DNA from: Stramenopiles sp. TOSAG23-2
Taxonomy: Eukaryota
Direction: 5' to 3'
Length of the DNA: 54,130 nt
Assembly: GCA_900128395.1 (NCBI GenBank)
Contig: LT649261.1
Location: 1-54,130 of the forward strand
Shown: one piece after another, positions 11,811 through 23,171 of the stretch
How positions within the stretch are numbered: position 1 is the first letter of the stretch
Layout: each line of letters opens with the position of its first letter
The notes under the pieces: model-generated
What the model was told of the DNA's origin: nothing
Seen by the model: the letters and a program-made list of their open reading frames with translations, nothing else
Database searches by the model: none
Translations under genes and position numbers: made by a program

Positions 11811-12965
11811 ATGAATAGTGCTACAAATAATCATAGGAATGTAAATTATTATTGTAATAAATTAAATTTATATGTTAAATATCCAAAAATAATGTCAATA
11901 CATAATAATATCATAATCAATCAGAATGTAATTCATGTAAATAATAAGAAAAGAAAAAAAAAGAAGAAGAAATATACGTCCTATTATCGTACGGACGAAA
12001 TACCAGTGTATCTAGAAGCATTGAAAAAATTAAATACTAAACTTGACAATAAGATTATTCAAACTTTATATAGTAAAAATCCATTACGTAATAAAAAAAC
12101 ATATGGATTTTCCTTGATAAATAATAAATTTAATTTTCATAATTTACCAAACGCTGTTGATGCAGCAGTGCCGGATGATCGTAAAAAAAGAAAAAGAGAA
12201 CAGATTATAAACATGATGATTTTAACAATACCATTTCTATTTGATGATTGCATTGTATGTGATTTTGCCTCAGGGAGTGGCCATCAATCTATACCTTTAG
12301 CATATCATTTTCCAAAATGTAATTTTATTTTAATAGATATGAAACAAAAAAGTTTACAAATTGCGGAAGAACGTTGTAAACGTTTAGGTTTAAAAAATGT
12401 AACTTTTTACCATGGAAAAATTGAAGAGTATGATGGAAAATTTGATGTAGGCATGTCATTGCATGCATGTGGTGTTGCAACTGATTTAGCATTTTTAAAA
12501 TGTTTTGAACAATCTGCTGTATGCATTTCATGTCCATGTTGTATTGGTAAAGTTGTCTTGAAAGATAATAAATATAAAAATAATGTGAAGACAAGTGAAG
12601 AAAATGCGATTGAATATCCCAAATCAACAGTATTTCAAAATATATTGACTAAAAACGAATATCATGCGTTGGCAAGTGCTGGTGATTTTGGTGGACATGA
12701 TGGAATTGATGAGACAACTATTGGTAATTTAACAAGAAGTGAGAATTTTAAATCAATTGAATTGAAAGATAATTCAAATTCAAGACGTATATGTAAAAGT
12801 ATGGTTGAATTAGATCGAATCTTACATGCACGAGAGGAAGGTAACGATTATCAAACATGGATGTTTACATTAGAACCGAAATCATGCACACCTAAGAACG
12901 ATATTATAATTTGTGCAAAGAAATTAGAGGATAAAGAACGATTTAAAAAATTTTTATTATTGTAA
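11811..12965 (+). CDS. SAM-dependent methyltransferase, GSTCD-like (Methyltransf_32)
   Basis: VCDFASGSGH motif I, FDVGMSLHACGVATD, CPCCIG and TPKND, as in the GSTCD C-terminal domain. The start may be the second Met. Confidence 0.8.
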   Translation: MNSATNNHRNVNYYCNKLNLYVKYPKIMSIHNNIIINQNVIHVNNKKRKKKKKKYTSYYRTDEIPVYLEALKKLNTKLDNKIIQTLYSKNPLRNKKTYGFSLINNKFNFHNLPNAVDAAVPDDRKKRKREQIINMMILTIPFLFDDCIVCDFASGSGHQSIPLAYHFPKCNFILIDMKQKSLQIAEERCKRLGLKNVTFYHGKIEEYDGKFDVGMSLHACGVATDLAFLKCFEQSAVCISCPCCIGKVVLKDNKYKNNVKTSEENAIEYPKSTVFQNILTKNEYHALASAGDFGGHDGIDETTIGNLTRSENFKSIELKDNSNSRRICKSMVELDRILHAREEGNDYQTWMFTLEPKSCTPKNDIIICAKKLEDKERFKKFLLL

Positions 12966-13366
12966 AAAAGAGCGTCAATAACGTATATATATATATATAC
13001 ATATGTGTGTACATTTTTTAATTAATATTCGTACACACGTATGTATATTATTTTGTTGGGATAACCTGATGTAAAAATGAATAGTCGTCTAGGACCTAGC
13101 TTGCTAGCTGGGCTAGATTAGACCTGATGGATGACCCACTTTAACTTTTGGTCGCTCGACTCCTTTTCCTAGAGTCAATAGTGTGTATTGTTATTTTAAA
13201 ATAGCATCTCAATAGCATTATTATTATACACGAATGGTCGGGCCCACTTTTGGTATCCTTTTCGATACCGGTAGTCTAAAACTCAAATGGAATCCCTATA
13301 TATTAATATAATTAATGCCAACAACAAAAAAAAAATATAAACAAATCCAGAAATTGAATACATCTT

Positions 13367-13510
13367 AATCTATTATTGAAAAGAACTAATAGGATTACAC
13401 AATGTTGTATATTGAAAGAATCATATATGTATATATATAATCTATTATTGAAAAGAACTAATAGGATTACACAATGTTGTATATTGAAAGAATCATATAT
13501 GTATATATAT
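13367..13510. repeat. Tandem duplication, 2 x 72 bp, upstream of the FTase gene
   Basis: AATCTATTATTGAAAAGAACTAATAGG... begins at both 13367 and 13439. Confidence 0.9.
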
Positions 13511-13536
13511 ATATATATATACACACGCCATACAAG

Positions 13537-14910
13537 ATGGACAAGGACGAAGAATTATTATCATCACCAACGGTGACTATTGTAGAAGAGGGTGAAAGCT
13601 ATATAAATGATGATGAGGGTGTACCTACTACAACGTCAATTGCACAACAAGAATGTGAAGAATCATGCTTAGCATATTTATATGAAGATACGCAGGAAAA
13701 AGATGCAGAAGAAAATGGCAATTCTTCATCGGATGCAACTACAAGTAACCCATTATTATTGCGGGATAGCCATGTAAAATATTGCAAACGTGGTTTAGAG
13801 AAGCTCGGTCGTGGTTTCACAGCTTTAGATGCTAGTAAACCTTGGTTAATGTATTGGATGATACATAGCATATCTTTATTAAATGGGGAAATTACAGAGA
13901 AAATGAAAGATCGTGTGGTTGATACTTTGGAAAAATATCAAAACAATGATACTGGTGGCTTTGGCGGTGGCTTTTTTCAATTATCTCATTGTGCTCCAAC
14001 ATATAGTGGAATTTTAACATTAATGTCGATTGGTACGAAAAAAGCATATGATGTGATTAATCGCAAAAAAATGTACCAATTTTTTTTAGCAAGAAAAGTA
14101 TCAAGTGGTGGATTTTCTATGCATGATGATGGCGAAAATGATGTACGCGCGACATATACAGTTCTAGCAGTTGCATCTATTTTAAATATTTTAACCCCGG
14201 AACTTGTGAAAGGCACGGCTGAATGGGTTGCGCAATGCCAAACATATGAAGGTGGTTTTGGTGGCGAGCCATTTAACGAAGCACATGGTGGTTATACATT
14301 TTGTGGATTGGCATCATTATGTATTTTAAAGCAAACAAACTTAATTAATATGAAACGTTTATTGCGTTGGATCACACGACGGCAAATGTTAAAAGAAGGT
14401 GGTTACCAAGGTCGTACCCATAAGTTAGTAGATGCTTGTTATTCGTTTTGGCAAGGCAGTACACCTGCAATGTTATATTTAGCAACTAATGGAAAATATT
14501 CAACACCAACAGTTGATAATAATAATAATAATAACAATGACGTTATCAACAATATTTGGAATCAAGGTGATTTGATTTGTGATCAATTAGCATTGCAAAA
14601 ATATATTTTATTATGTTGTCAACAACATGATGGTGGATTAAGAGATAAACCTAGTAAATTTAGAGATTTTTACCATACATGTTATGCATTAAGTGGTTTA
14701 TCAATTGCACAAAATGGTGTTGGAAATGTAAGCAACACATCACCAATTGTATATAAAAACAAATTAGATCATGTCGATCAAATACAACCAACGCATCCAA
14801 TTTACAATGTACGACAGGATAAATTATTAAAGGCAATGGAATATTTTCTTGAAATCAGTGGTGGTACAACGCCTAGCCATGATGTTTTAGTGAATGATGA
14901 ATTGGAATAG
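13537..14910 (+). CDS. FNTB: Protein farnesyltransferase subunit beta
   Basis: LDASKPWLMYW, CQTYEGGFGG, EAHGGYTFC, GRTHKLVDACYSFWQ and RDFYHTCYALSGLS prenyltransferase/Zn motifs. Confidence 0.95.
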   Translation: MDKDEELLSSPTVTIVEEGESYINDDEGVPTTTSIAQQECEESCLAYLYEDTQEKDAEENGNSSSDATTSNPLLLRDSHVKYCKRGLEKLGRGFTALDASKPWLMYWMIHSISLLNGEITEKMKDRVVDTLEKYQNNDTGGFGGGFFQLSHCAPTYSGILTLMSIGTKKAYDVINRKKMYQFFLARKVSSGGFSMHDDGENDVRATYTVLAVASILNILTPELVKGTAEWVAQCQTYEGGFGGEPFNEAHGGYTFCGLASLCILKQTNLINMKRLLRWITRRQMLKEGGYQGRTHKLVDACYSFWQGSTPAMLYLATNGKYSTPTVDNNNNNNNDVINNIWNQGDLICDQLALQKYILLCCQQHDGGLRDKPSKFRDFYHTCYALSGLSIAQNGVGNVSNTSPIVYKNKLDHVDQIQPTHPIYNVRQDKLLKAMEYFLEISGGTTPSHDVLVNDELE

Positions 14911-15395
14911 TTGAAGAGATTTTACGTTAAAATTTTTCTTTTATAAAAATATATATACGATATATGAATACCACAAAAGCTTTAAAATAAATGGGAGAGA
15001 TGTGTGATGTGTGTTTAGTGAATGATGAATTGGAATAGTTGAAGAGATTTTACGTTAAAATTTTTCTTATGAATATTAAAATATGAATACCACACAAAAG
15101 CTTTAAAATAAATGGGGAAATGTGTTAGTGTGTGTTTACAAATCACACTTATATTACACACATACTTTGTATATTTATATATACCCGCGAGATCTCTCTT
15201 GCCCCCCTCCCCCCCCCCGGCACCCTTTTTTCCACATCCAATGCAAACACAATATCTGTGCACCGAGAACACCAGCTAAATTTTTTAATTTTGAAGTACC
15301 AGTTATATTACACATATTTTGTATATTTATATATACCCGAGATCTCTCTTGCCCCCCTCCTCCCCATGGCATCATTTTTCACACACATCCAATGC
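14886..15395. repeat. Two adjacent local duplications, each copying the stop-codon/3' end of one of two convergent genes
   Basis: 14886-15013 matches 15014-15136 (end of FTase). About 15150-15245 matches about 15305-15395 (end of the minus-strand gene). Confidence 0.8.
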
Positions 15396-16535
15396 AATGA
15401 TAATTGTCCCGGCATGATCAGCATATTTACAATTTGTACATGCACAATAATTTCCTATTTTAGTTTTTGCTGGGCAAATGGCATATGATTTACAACCTGC
15501 ATCTTGAGTCATTAAATCAGCAGCTAAATTGATATGCGTCATTTCTCCTTTTTCATTAAAATGGCAATTCGGTCTTTCTAAAGTTGTGTATGTATGTGTC
15601 GTTCCATCTTCATATGAAACTGTGTGTGAATATGGTTCTATATTTGGATTTTGAAGCATGAACCATGTTTTTCCATTGTCTTGACTAAACAAATGTGCAG
15701 ACACTGTGGATTTACCACAATGTGTATATTCATTTGTATCATATGCATGATTTATAATATGCCAATTAGCGCGACGATCGACCCACATGAAGGGATCTTC
15801 TTGTACTCCACGATTTAATTTCACATTGATGTCTGCATAATGTGTCCATGTGCCACCGAGTTTGTCAGTAGTTAAAATTTTTGTTGTAGTTTGATCAGTG
15901 GCGTACCATTTTCCTTTATAAAAAATAGGAGCTGGATTCGAAAAATGTGGTGAATTAATTTTTTCAAAATATCCATTAATATCATCTGAAACATAGATAT
16001 TTCCACCAACCCATAACGAATATTTTGTCACGTTTGTATTTACATCTTGAAATGAAACAAAGGCTGGGTTACTTCCCATGTTTCCTTGATTTTGTGAATG
16101 CCATTTATATGGCCCAGTAATATTAGTTGCAATACCATGTAGCATATCTTGTGTTTGCAATAGACTACCACGTTTGTACAATGGATTGAACATATGATAT
16201 TTTTTATTGGTATATATAATTGGTCCATTCCAAGTATTCAAAGCTCGACAACTACCAGATGGTGTGACACAAGGTCCAGATTTAGGTGCATCACTATCAT
16301 TATGTGGATACAGATTACGTGCAGTGACAGGCTGGTTTAATTTATATTGCAAAACGCCACAACGTGAACCTCCCCATGGCTCATCACAGATACAAATACC
16401 ATTTTTGCAAAAACCATTTAGTGAGCAATTAAGATTGTTTTTACAATTTGTAATGGCAGTAATAATAGGACATGGAAAAAATAAAAATAATATGAAACGT
16501 AATAACACTCCAATGAAAATGTAGGAAAATTTCAT
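15372..16535 (-). CDS. Secreted protein with N-terminal EGF-like motif and a glycoside-hydrolase-like (GH43/32-type) beta-propeller
   Basis: Signal peptide, CSLNGFCKNGICICDEPWGGSRC, and WNGPI, NPAP, EDPFMW, ERP propeller motifs. Confidence 0.7.
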   Translation of the reverse strand: MKFSYIFIGVLLRFILFLFFPCPIITAITNCKNNLNCSLNGFCKNGICICDEPWGGSRCGVLQYKLNQPVTARNLYPHNDSDAPKSGPCVTPSGSCRALNTWNGPIIYTNKKYHMFNPLYKRGSLLQTQDMLHGIATNITGPYKWHSQNQGNMGSNPAFVSFQDVNTNVTKYSLWVGGNIYVSDDINGYFEKINSPHFSNPAPIFYKGKWYATDQTTTKILTTDKLGGTWTHYADINVKLNRGVQEDPFMWVDRRANWHIINHAYDTNEYTHCGKSTVSAHLFSQDNGKTWFMLQNPNIEPYSHTVSYEDGTTHTYTTLERPNCHFNEKGEMTHINLAADLMTQDAGCKSYAICPAKTKIGNYCACTNCKYADHAGTIIIALDVCEK

Positions 16536-16922
16536 GTAACAGTGTATGTGTATGTATGTGGGTCTGATAATGATGAGAATGAAAATGGTTTTTATATTTG
16601 TTATAAAAATGTATATGTATAATCGTAAATACGATTTGAAATTTTATGATATTGATTTCTCGTTATTTATAGGTGTGTGTGAAATTTTGTTGAAAAGAAG
16701 AAGAACTAAAATTTGAATTAATATAATTAAAATGATGACAATTAAAATTATATAAAATATACAACATATATAGAATAATACTTTTTAATTTTATTAGTTT
16801 CTAGAAAAAAAATAATAGAATTACGTTGTTGTTGCTAATAATAATTCAACAATACATACATACTGGTTAATTGATAATATATATATATATACAAACAAAC
16901 GCACTCTTTGTGCCTTTCCATC

Positions 16923-17936
16923 ATGTCTTATAATCAAAATGCATATGGTGTTATTAATGTAAATACGTCGCCATCCTTTTTATTTAATAATTTAACCTGC
17001 AATGGTACTTTAGCAGTTTTTTTAAAAGGTTGTAAATTGATTTCTTTCCAAGAAGCAGCTTTAAGTGGAAATGTAACCGCCGAACCAAATACAAATAGTT
17101 TGAAAGATATGATTGATGGCTTGCAAGTTGAGTGGTGTTTAGTCGGTAGTCGATATTATCTTGTATGTGCATCGTATAGCGGTATACAAATATATGGTGC
17201 TGATGGTAAAACAGTAGAATATGTATTTCCTTTGCAGTCGTCTGAAATTGATTTTGGTTCAGAGCCTGAAGGTTCGTATTTTACAAGAGGTATATCTGGT
17301 GTTGCCGCTAGCAATCAGATATGCGTTGGTGCATCCACTGGACATATTTTCATATTTGATGTTACAGATGATGGAATAGACTTAAAAGCTACAAAAGCAT
17401 GTCATAAATATGCTATATCAGCAATGTGCAATATTGAAAATATATTAGCAAGTGGGGATGATTATGGAAATGTTATATTATGGGATGTATTTGAAAATTA
17501 TGGTGAATTATGTCGATTCCAAGGCGATGGTCATCCATGCACAGGTTTAGTGGGAAAAAATGGTTATGTAGTCAGTACATACACATCTGGGCATATACGA
17601 GTTTTTAATGTACGTAATCAGAATTTGTTTATTGAAATTGCCGGGCATTCAAGAGCTATTACTGGCATTGATATGCACCCAGCAAATGATTCATTTGTAA
17701 CTGTAGGGGAAGATTCTATTATAAATGTATGGCAACTTCCTGTACAAAAGGAGGATGATACAGATGATAATACAGGAAATGCAATTAAAAAAGCAAGAAC
17801 AATGACGGTAACATTTAGCACAAGTAGTCCAAGTGCCATTTTTACTGGGGTAAGATTTTCTAGGAATGGTACCAATACAATTTTTGCAAGTGTTTATGAC
17901 CAAAATGATATAAGATATTGGACAACTTCGTATTGA
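16923..17936 (+). CDS. WDR54: WD40 repeat protein 54-like
   Basis: LFNNL, QVEWC, GIQIY, FTRGI..ICVGASTG and GHSRAITGID..GEDSIINVWQL are collinear with WDR54 as I recall it. Confidence 0.8.
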   Translation: MSYNQNAYGVINVNTSPSFLFNNLTCNGTLAVFLKGCKLISFQEAALSGNVTAEPNTNSLKDMIDGLQVEWCLVGSRYYLVCASYSGIQIYGADGKTVEYVFPLQSSEIDFGSEPEGSYFTRGISGVAASNQICVGASTGHIFIFDVTDDGIDLKATKACHKYAISAMCNIENILASGDDYGNVILWDVFENYGELCRFQGDGHPCTGLVGKNGYVVSTYTSGHIRVFNVRNQNLFIEIAGHSRAITGIDMHPANDSFVTVGEDSIINVWQLPVQKEDDTDDNTGNAIKKARTMTVTFSTSSPSAIFTGVRFSRNGTNTIFASVYDQNDIRYWTTSY

Positions 17937-18868
17937 AAAAAAAAAATATATATATATATACAGAAAGTGGAGAGACACATTATACATCTTTTTGGCAATT
18001 TAATATATCAAAAAACATGAACAATGGTTTTCAGTTCTTCATCATATGCACCATACGTGGTATACACGGATTACCACCACAGTGGTGGTAGGATAGATAG
18101 GTGGAACTATCACATGTGTGGTACACGAATTAAACTTGTTAAAATCTATATATTAATATAGTTTTTTTTTCTCTAAGACTCGGCTAAAATTCTTCATGTG
18201 CTTTTGTGCCGGTGACCTGCGGATGCAAATCATAAAAAAATAGTATACTAATCAGTACAATTGGCCCGTTTGCCACTATCAAAACATAATTTTCATGAAG
18301 ATATTAGCACTTAAATAGCATCTACCATGATCACATCACTGGCTAACCTGTACCGTGTGATGTGACCTGTGAAGGACCCTAACCGGAAGTTTGCTAGGGA
18401 GGTTACCATTAAGTACAATATATTAGTATAGTCGTGATCAAAAATCTATTACCGCAAAGCCGTTGATGATGCGTTTCCTTTCTTGAACATTTTTTATCAA
18501 TACTTTTTCAATAGTACTTAGTCTTATTTTTGATCCCAAATAAAATATATATATATCAAAAAGAATGTAACAATCACATATCTACAAGGTTGTATTTATC
18601 AATTGCTAGTTGTACATCGATATTATATCTGCTTTTTTATTCCCCTTCTCTCTGTGTGCGCGTTTCCCCCCGTTACTGTTAGTGTGAAAGTTTAAGCGAA
18701 CATATACAGATATATATATATTATTTACACACTGTGTATACAACAATAAATAACAAACATTATCCATTTATTTATTTATTAAAATAAACGTTTCTTTTTT
18801 TTTAGTAAATACAAATTTAATAATAATAATATAAAAAATATATAATACAATAAAAAAGAGAAAACAAT

Positions 18869-20470
18869 ATGGTACGTTTAGGTAAAAAAGTAAAAGGTAG
18901 TGCAAAATTAAAACCTTCGCAAGAAGAGGCAGATTTAGCTGCAAGGTTGGAACGCGAAGCATTAATGGAACTACGTAAAAAAGAAGCATTACATGCAAAA
19001 AAAAGAATCAAAGCTATGATGGAACGTGAACTTGGTTTTACTAAAACAAATAGGTTAAAAATACAAAATCAATGGAGAAAAATCATGCGTTTAGCAAAGG
19101 TTGAATCGTTGCGTAAGGAGATTGAAATTTTATCCCAAAACCATGAACGTGATGTGGATCGTAAAGATGCAATTATTCAGATGTTAGATCGTGATTTGGA
19201 AGAAGCAGAGGAACAATATCAAATGGCATTACGTGCACATTTACAAAATATTGATGCGTTGATCGATTTACAAGATTCACGTTTATTAGCGTTAGAAAAT
19301 GAATTTGAAAACGATTTAAGAACATTGGAAGATGAATTCAATGCGGAACGAGAGGAAATTATTACGCAACATAATATGGAAAAAACAGAATTAATGGATA
19401 TCATGGCAGCAGTTGAAGCCGATGAACAAGAAAGAGCACAGGAAGCAAAGACGGAACATGAAACGTTACGGGAAGAAATTCGTAATAGAAATTTGGAAGA
19501 TATAAATGTCTTGCGGATAACGTTAGAAAGTAACATCGAAGAGTTGGAACGACATTTTGAAGCAGCCCATTTACATTATTTAACAAATACAGATCAACGT
19601 ACGCAAGATTTCAAATATTTAACGACGCAGGATCAAAATTTATCAAAAGATATTGAAACTAAAATATTAAAAATTGAACGTTTACAATTAACCTTGCAAC
19701 ATTGGAGGACAAAAATTGCTACTAATAATAAAGAATGTTCCCAACGTAATAAAGCATTGCGTGAGGAAAAAAATGCCATTTCAAGGCATTTTCAAAGTTT
19801 AAAAGCACGTATGAATAAATTTCGTGATGGGGAGAAACAACGATTGTTGGAATTGACGCAAAATGCACATAAAACGAAAGGTGCGTTGAATAAGAAATTG
19901 AAATTAGCAAGTGAAGTCATACATCGTGCGGAAATGTCAAGAAAATTAGAAACGGAACGTGAAAAAGTATTGCCATTTTATGAAAGTACACCATTAGAGG
20001 ATGAAATGAAGCGTGAAGATGAGCAAGAAGAGATGGAAGCACAGAACCAAGAGTTAAGAAAATTAATGGCTGGTGCTGGGAAAACAGATGAAGATGCAGA
20101 TCCTATTAATGTCGACCCAGAAATAAATTCACAAGGGTATAATGGCGACAAGAATGTTGAGGAATGGGATTATTTAGAAAACTTCTTTAAAAAAAGCAAT
20201 AAAGCTTTATTGGATAAATTAGCAGTGGAAAGGCAACGTGATCGTTTAAGAAAAGAAAATGCTGATTTACAAAGTATTTTGAAACAATATTTGGATGGTA
20301 TTAGTGTAAATGAAGAAGTATTGAAAAAGCCAAATCCATTATTAGTTGTCAATGGCCGTGTGAATTTAAATGCTCCACCAGTGCAAGTAGGTGGTGTACC
20401 AACAAGAATTGATGGTAATCATATGGTGAATACTGGTAGAAGTGGCAATCGTGGTGGTAGATTGTATTAA
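18869..20470 (+). CDS. DRC2: Dynein regulatory complex subunit 2 (CCDC65/FAP250)
   Basis: KIQNQWRKIMRLAKVESLRKEIEILSQNHERDVDRKD...EAEEQYQMALRAHLQNID (NYD-SP28 domain) and C-terminal LKQYLDGISVN. Confidence 0.92.
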   Translation: MVRLGKKVKGSAKLKPSQEEADLAARLEREALMELRKKEALHAKKRIKAMMERELGFTKTNRLKIQNQWRKIMRLAKVESLRKEIEILSQNHERDVDRKDAIIQMLDRDLEEAEEQYQMALRAHLQNIDALIDLQDSRLLALENEFENDLRTLEDEFNAEREEIITQHNMEKTELMDIMAAVEADEQERAQEAKTEHETLREEIRNRNLEDINVLRITLESNIEELERHFEAAHLHYLTNTDQRTQDFKYLTTQDQNLSKDIETKILKIERLQLTLQHWRTKIATNNKECSQRNKALREEKNAISRHFQSLKARMNKFRDGEKQRLLELTQNAHKTKGALNKKLKLASEVIHRAEMSRKLETEREKVLPFYESTPLEDEMKREDEQEEMEAQNQELRKLMAGAGKTDEDADPINVDPEINSQGYNGDKNVEEWDYLENFFKKSNKALLDKLAVERQRDRLRKENADLQSILKQYLDGISVNEEVLKKPNPLLVVNGRVNLNAPPVQVGGVPTRIDGNHMVNTGRSGNRGGRLY

Positions 20471-20877
20471 TAAAGATGAAGAGAGAGAGGTTGTTAAAAA
20501 TTTGTAAAACAAAAAAAAAAAAGTAGGAAGGAAGAAATAAATAAAGAAATAAAATGTGATTAGTTCTGTTCTGTTTACGGTGTGTGTGCGGCGGGTAAAG
20601 TTTTATAATTGTGTATAATTACATTACTACATTATATTATATAATGCATTTTTTTATTATTCGTCTTTACACACCGTCTCTTTTTGGAGAGTTCGTCTCT
20701 TCTTTCTCATTTCTAAAATCCACCCTCTCTCTCTCATCAAAATTTTATCTTTTATTTATATATTTACAGCAACTGAATGTGTGTGTGTTTGGCGGATAAG
20801 ACGGTAGGATATTTCTTTTTTTACATTATATCTTTCCTAAGAAATAGTCGTATGCAAACATATGTATATACACATAT

Positions 20878-21348
20878 TTACCTAACGGCACCACAACTCA
20901 TCATCATCTTTTTAAATTCATCAAATGATATAGTACCATCACCATCTATATCAGCCTCACCGACTATCCACTCAACTTCACCAGCTGTTAATGGTTCTTC
21001 TAAATTACATAATATATGTTTCAACTCCTCCGCACTAATATTACCACTACCATCATTATCAAATACTTTAAATACTTCTATAATATCTGCTTCTGTATTA
21101 TCATCTGACATTCGTTTCTCCATCAATTCACAAAACTCTTCAAAATCGATAGTACCATCGCCATCCTCATCAATTTCAGCAATCATCTGTTCAACTTCTT
21201 CATCCGTTGGTTCTTGTCCCATTTTTCTTAAAACGGTACCTAACTCATCGTTTGTTATAAATCCATTCCCATCTAAATCAAACAATGCAAACGCTTGTTT
21301 CAATTGGGTTATTTCCTCATCGGTAAATTTTTTCACTGGTTTCGACAT
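20878..21348 (-). CDS. Calmodulin-like protein (4 EF hands)
   Basis: Four canonical DxDGxG loops; 156 aa; diverged from true calmodulin. Confidence 0.9.
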   Translation of the reverse strand: MSKPVKKFTDEEITQLKQAFALFDLDGNGFITNDELGTVLRKMGQEPTDEEVEQMIAEIDEDGDGTIDFEEFCELMEKRMSDDNTEADIIEVFKVFDNDGSGNISAEELKHILCNLEEPLTAGEVEWIVGEADIDGDGTISFDEFKKMMMSCGAVR

Positions 21349-21816
21349 GTTAATATATAGATCTTCTTACGTCCGTATATATATATATCTGTATTTTTCT
21401 ATCTTGTTCGATCCACATGCATCAATATGATGTATGATGTATTAATGTGTACCTGTTTTTAGTATAAAATACATGTTTTCGCAACGATCATAAATAATAA
21501 TAATACCTAAAATTTTTAGCATAGTAATATCACTATTTAATAGTATTGATAGGAAATTACGATATATAGAATACTATATGTATATACTTAATGTTCGGAT
21601 CCTATACATCCTACATCCTACATTTATATTACCTGATAGATGATAGAGATATAGAAGATTAAGTTTGATAATATGATTATCGGAATTGTCACGAATAAAT
21701 TACGTGTGTATTAAAAACATTTTGAAGAACACACTTTAATATATATACCCCCACACACGCCCACTACCCTCATATACCTCTTTCCCTTTTATAAAATATA
21801 ATCTGTGCATACTTCA

Positions 21817-22826
21817 TCACAACTGTGCCCGTATTTCTGCTACAACATCATCTGATTTAAACATTCTCCATGGGCCATTATAAATATTAACTTTATATTG
21901 TGGACTAGTTGGACGGTCAAATGAACAACGATATAACCAATTTTTAATATTTGGAAATGGTCTTAATGCATCTTCCCCTAAATGTCGTACCCATGCTAAA
22001 TATGCACATATATTTAAATCACATACCGTAAAACGTTCTCCAACAAGATATGTTTTGCCTTGTAATTCTTTTTCCAACGCCGTCATTTTACGTATAAAAT
22101 CAGATGTCAATTTTGCTTCTCTCATTGCTGATCTGGGATGTGAAAATAAATTAAAATAACGTTGTTCCCCTGTTAAACCTCTTTTATTAGGTGTATCTGG
22201 ATTTCGTACAACTGGATGTGTATACCATGGATGGTTTGTATCTACTCTTGCTGGCCCACAAATTATTAATTCCCATACTGGCATGAATAACTCATTTGAT
22301 GCCCATACTATAAAAATATATATGAAAGGTGTACAATACGATGGGGTTAGAAATAATTTCTATACTATATACATACAGCTTTATATATCTGGATATGTAT
22401 ATATATCATTTTGTACTTACTACTCCATTTTAAAAATGATGCTTCTTCTTGCAAATTTTTTGCTGCTAAATCAGTTTCACTCCCGTATTTTTTCACTAAA
22501 TATAAATTGATTGCCATGCTTTCAAATAAATAAGTTCCTTTATCATCTAAAAATGGCATTTTTCGATGTGGATTAATTTTATCTGTTTCAGCATTGTATT
22601 GGCGTGGTGATAATATTGGTACATGTTTTATTTTCAAGGCATTTCGGTGTTCCAATTCACGTATTAACCATAAACTACGAGAACATGAAGAATCTGCTGC
22701 ACCGTAAATGATGGCATCACCTTCACCTTCACGTTGATTGACTTCGACTAACCAATTATTGAAATCAGGGTGCGCACCACCGATTTGTGTACCAGCTGCT
22801 GGTGAAAATGTAATATTATCTGTCAT
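21817..22826 (-). CDS. Glutathione S-transferase; intron 22308-22420
   Basis: INPHRKMP..FESMAINLYL N-domain and YLVGERFTVCDL C-domain. A GTAAGT...CTAAC...TAG intron joins them as KWSIWASNELFMP. Confidence 0.88.
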
Positions 22827-23171
22827 TATCGAAATATGCTTAAGATTGAATTTAAATTGGTCTACACAACAAATAATATAATAATATTTCTTTTAATAAA
22901 AAGCACCAAAAAAATCCTACTAAAATTTAATTTACGTTTGCTTCCAAATGAATTTATAAATCTAATGAACGACAAGATAGAACAAATAATTTCGGCCTAA
23001 ATGAACTAAATATACTGCTTGCATGTATATGCGTGTGCATAACGGAGAGTTGTTGATGTATGTATTTTTTCGAAAAATATCTTTTTTATAATATACACGA
23101 AAAAAAAAACAAAAACAATCAATATACGTCGGATTATATATATAATATAGGATACTACACGCAACCACAAA

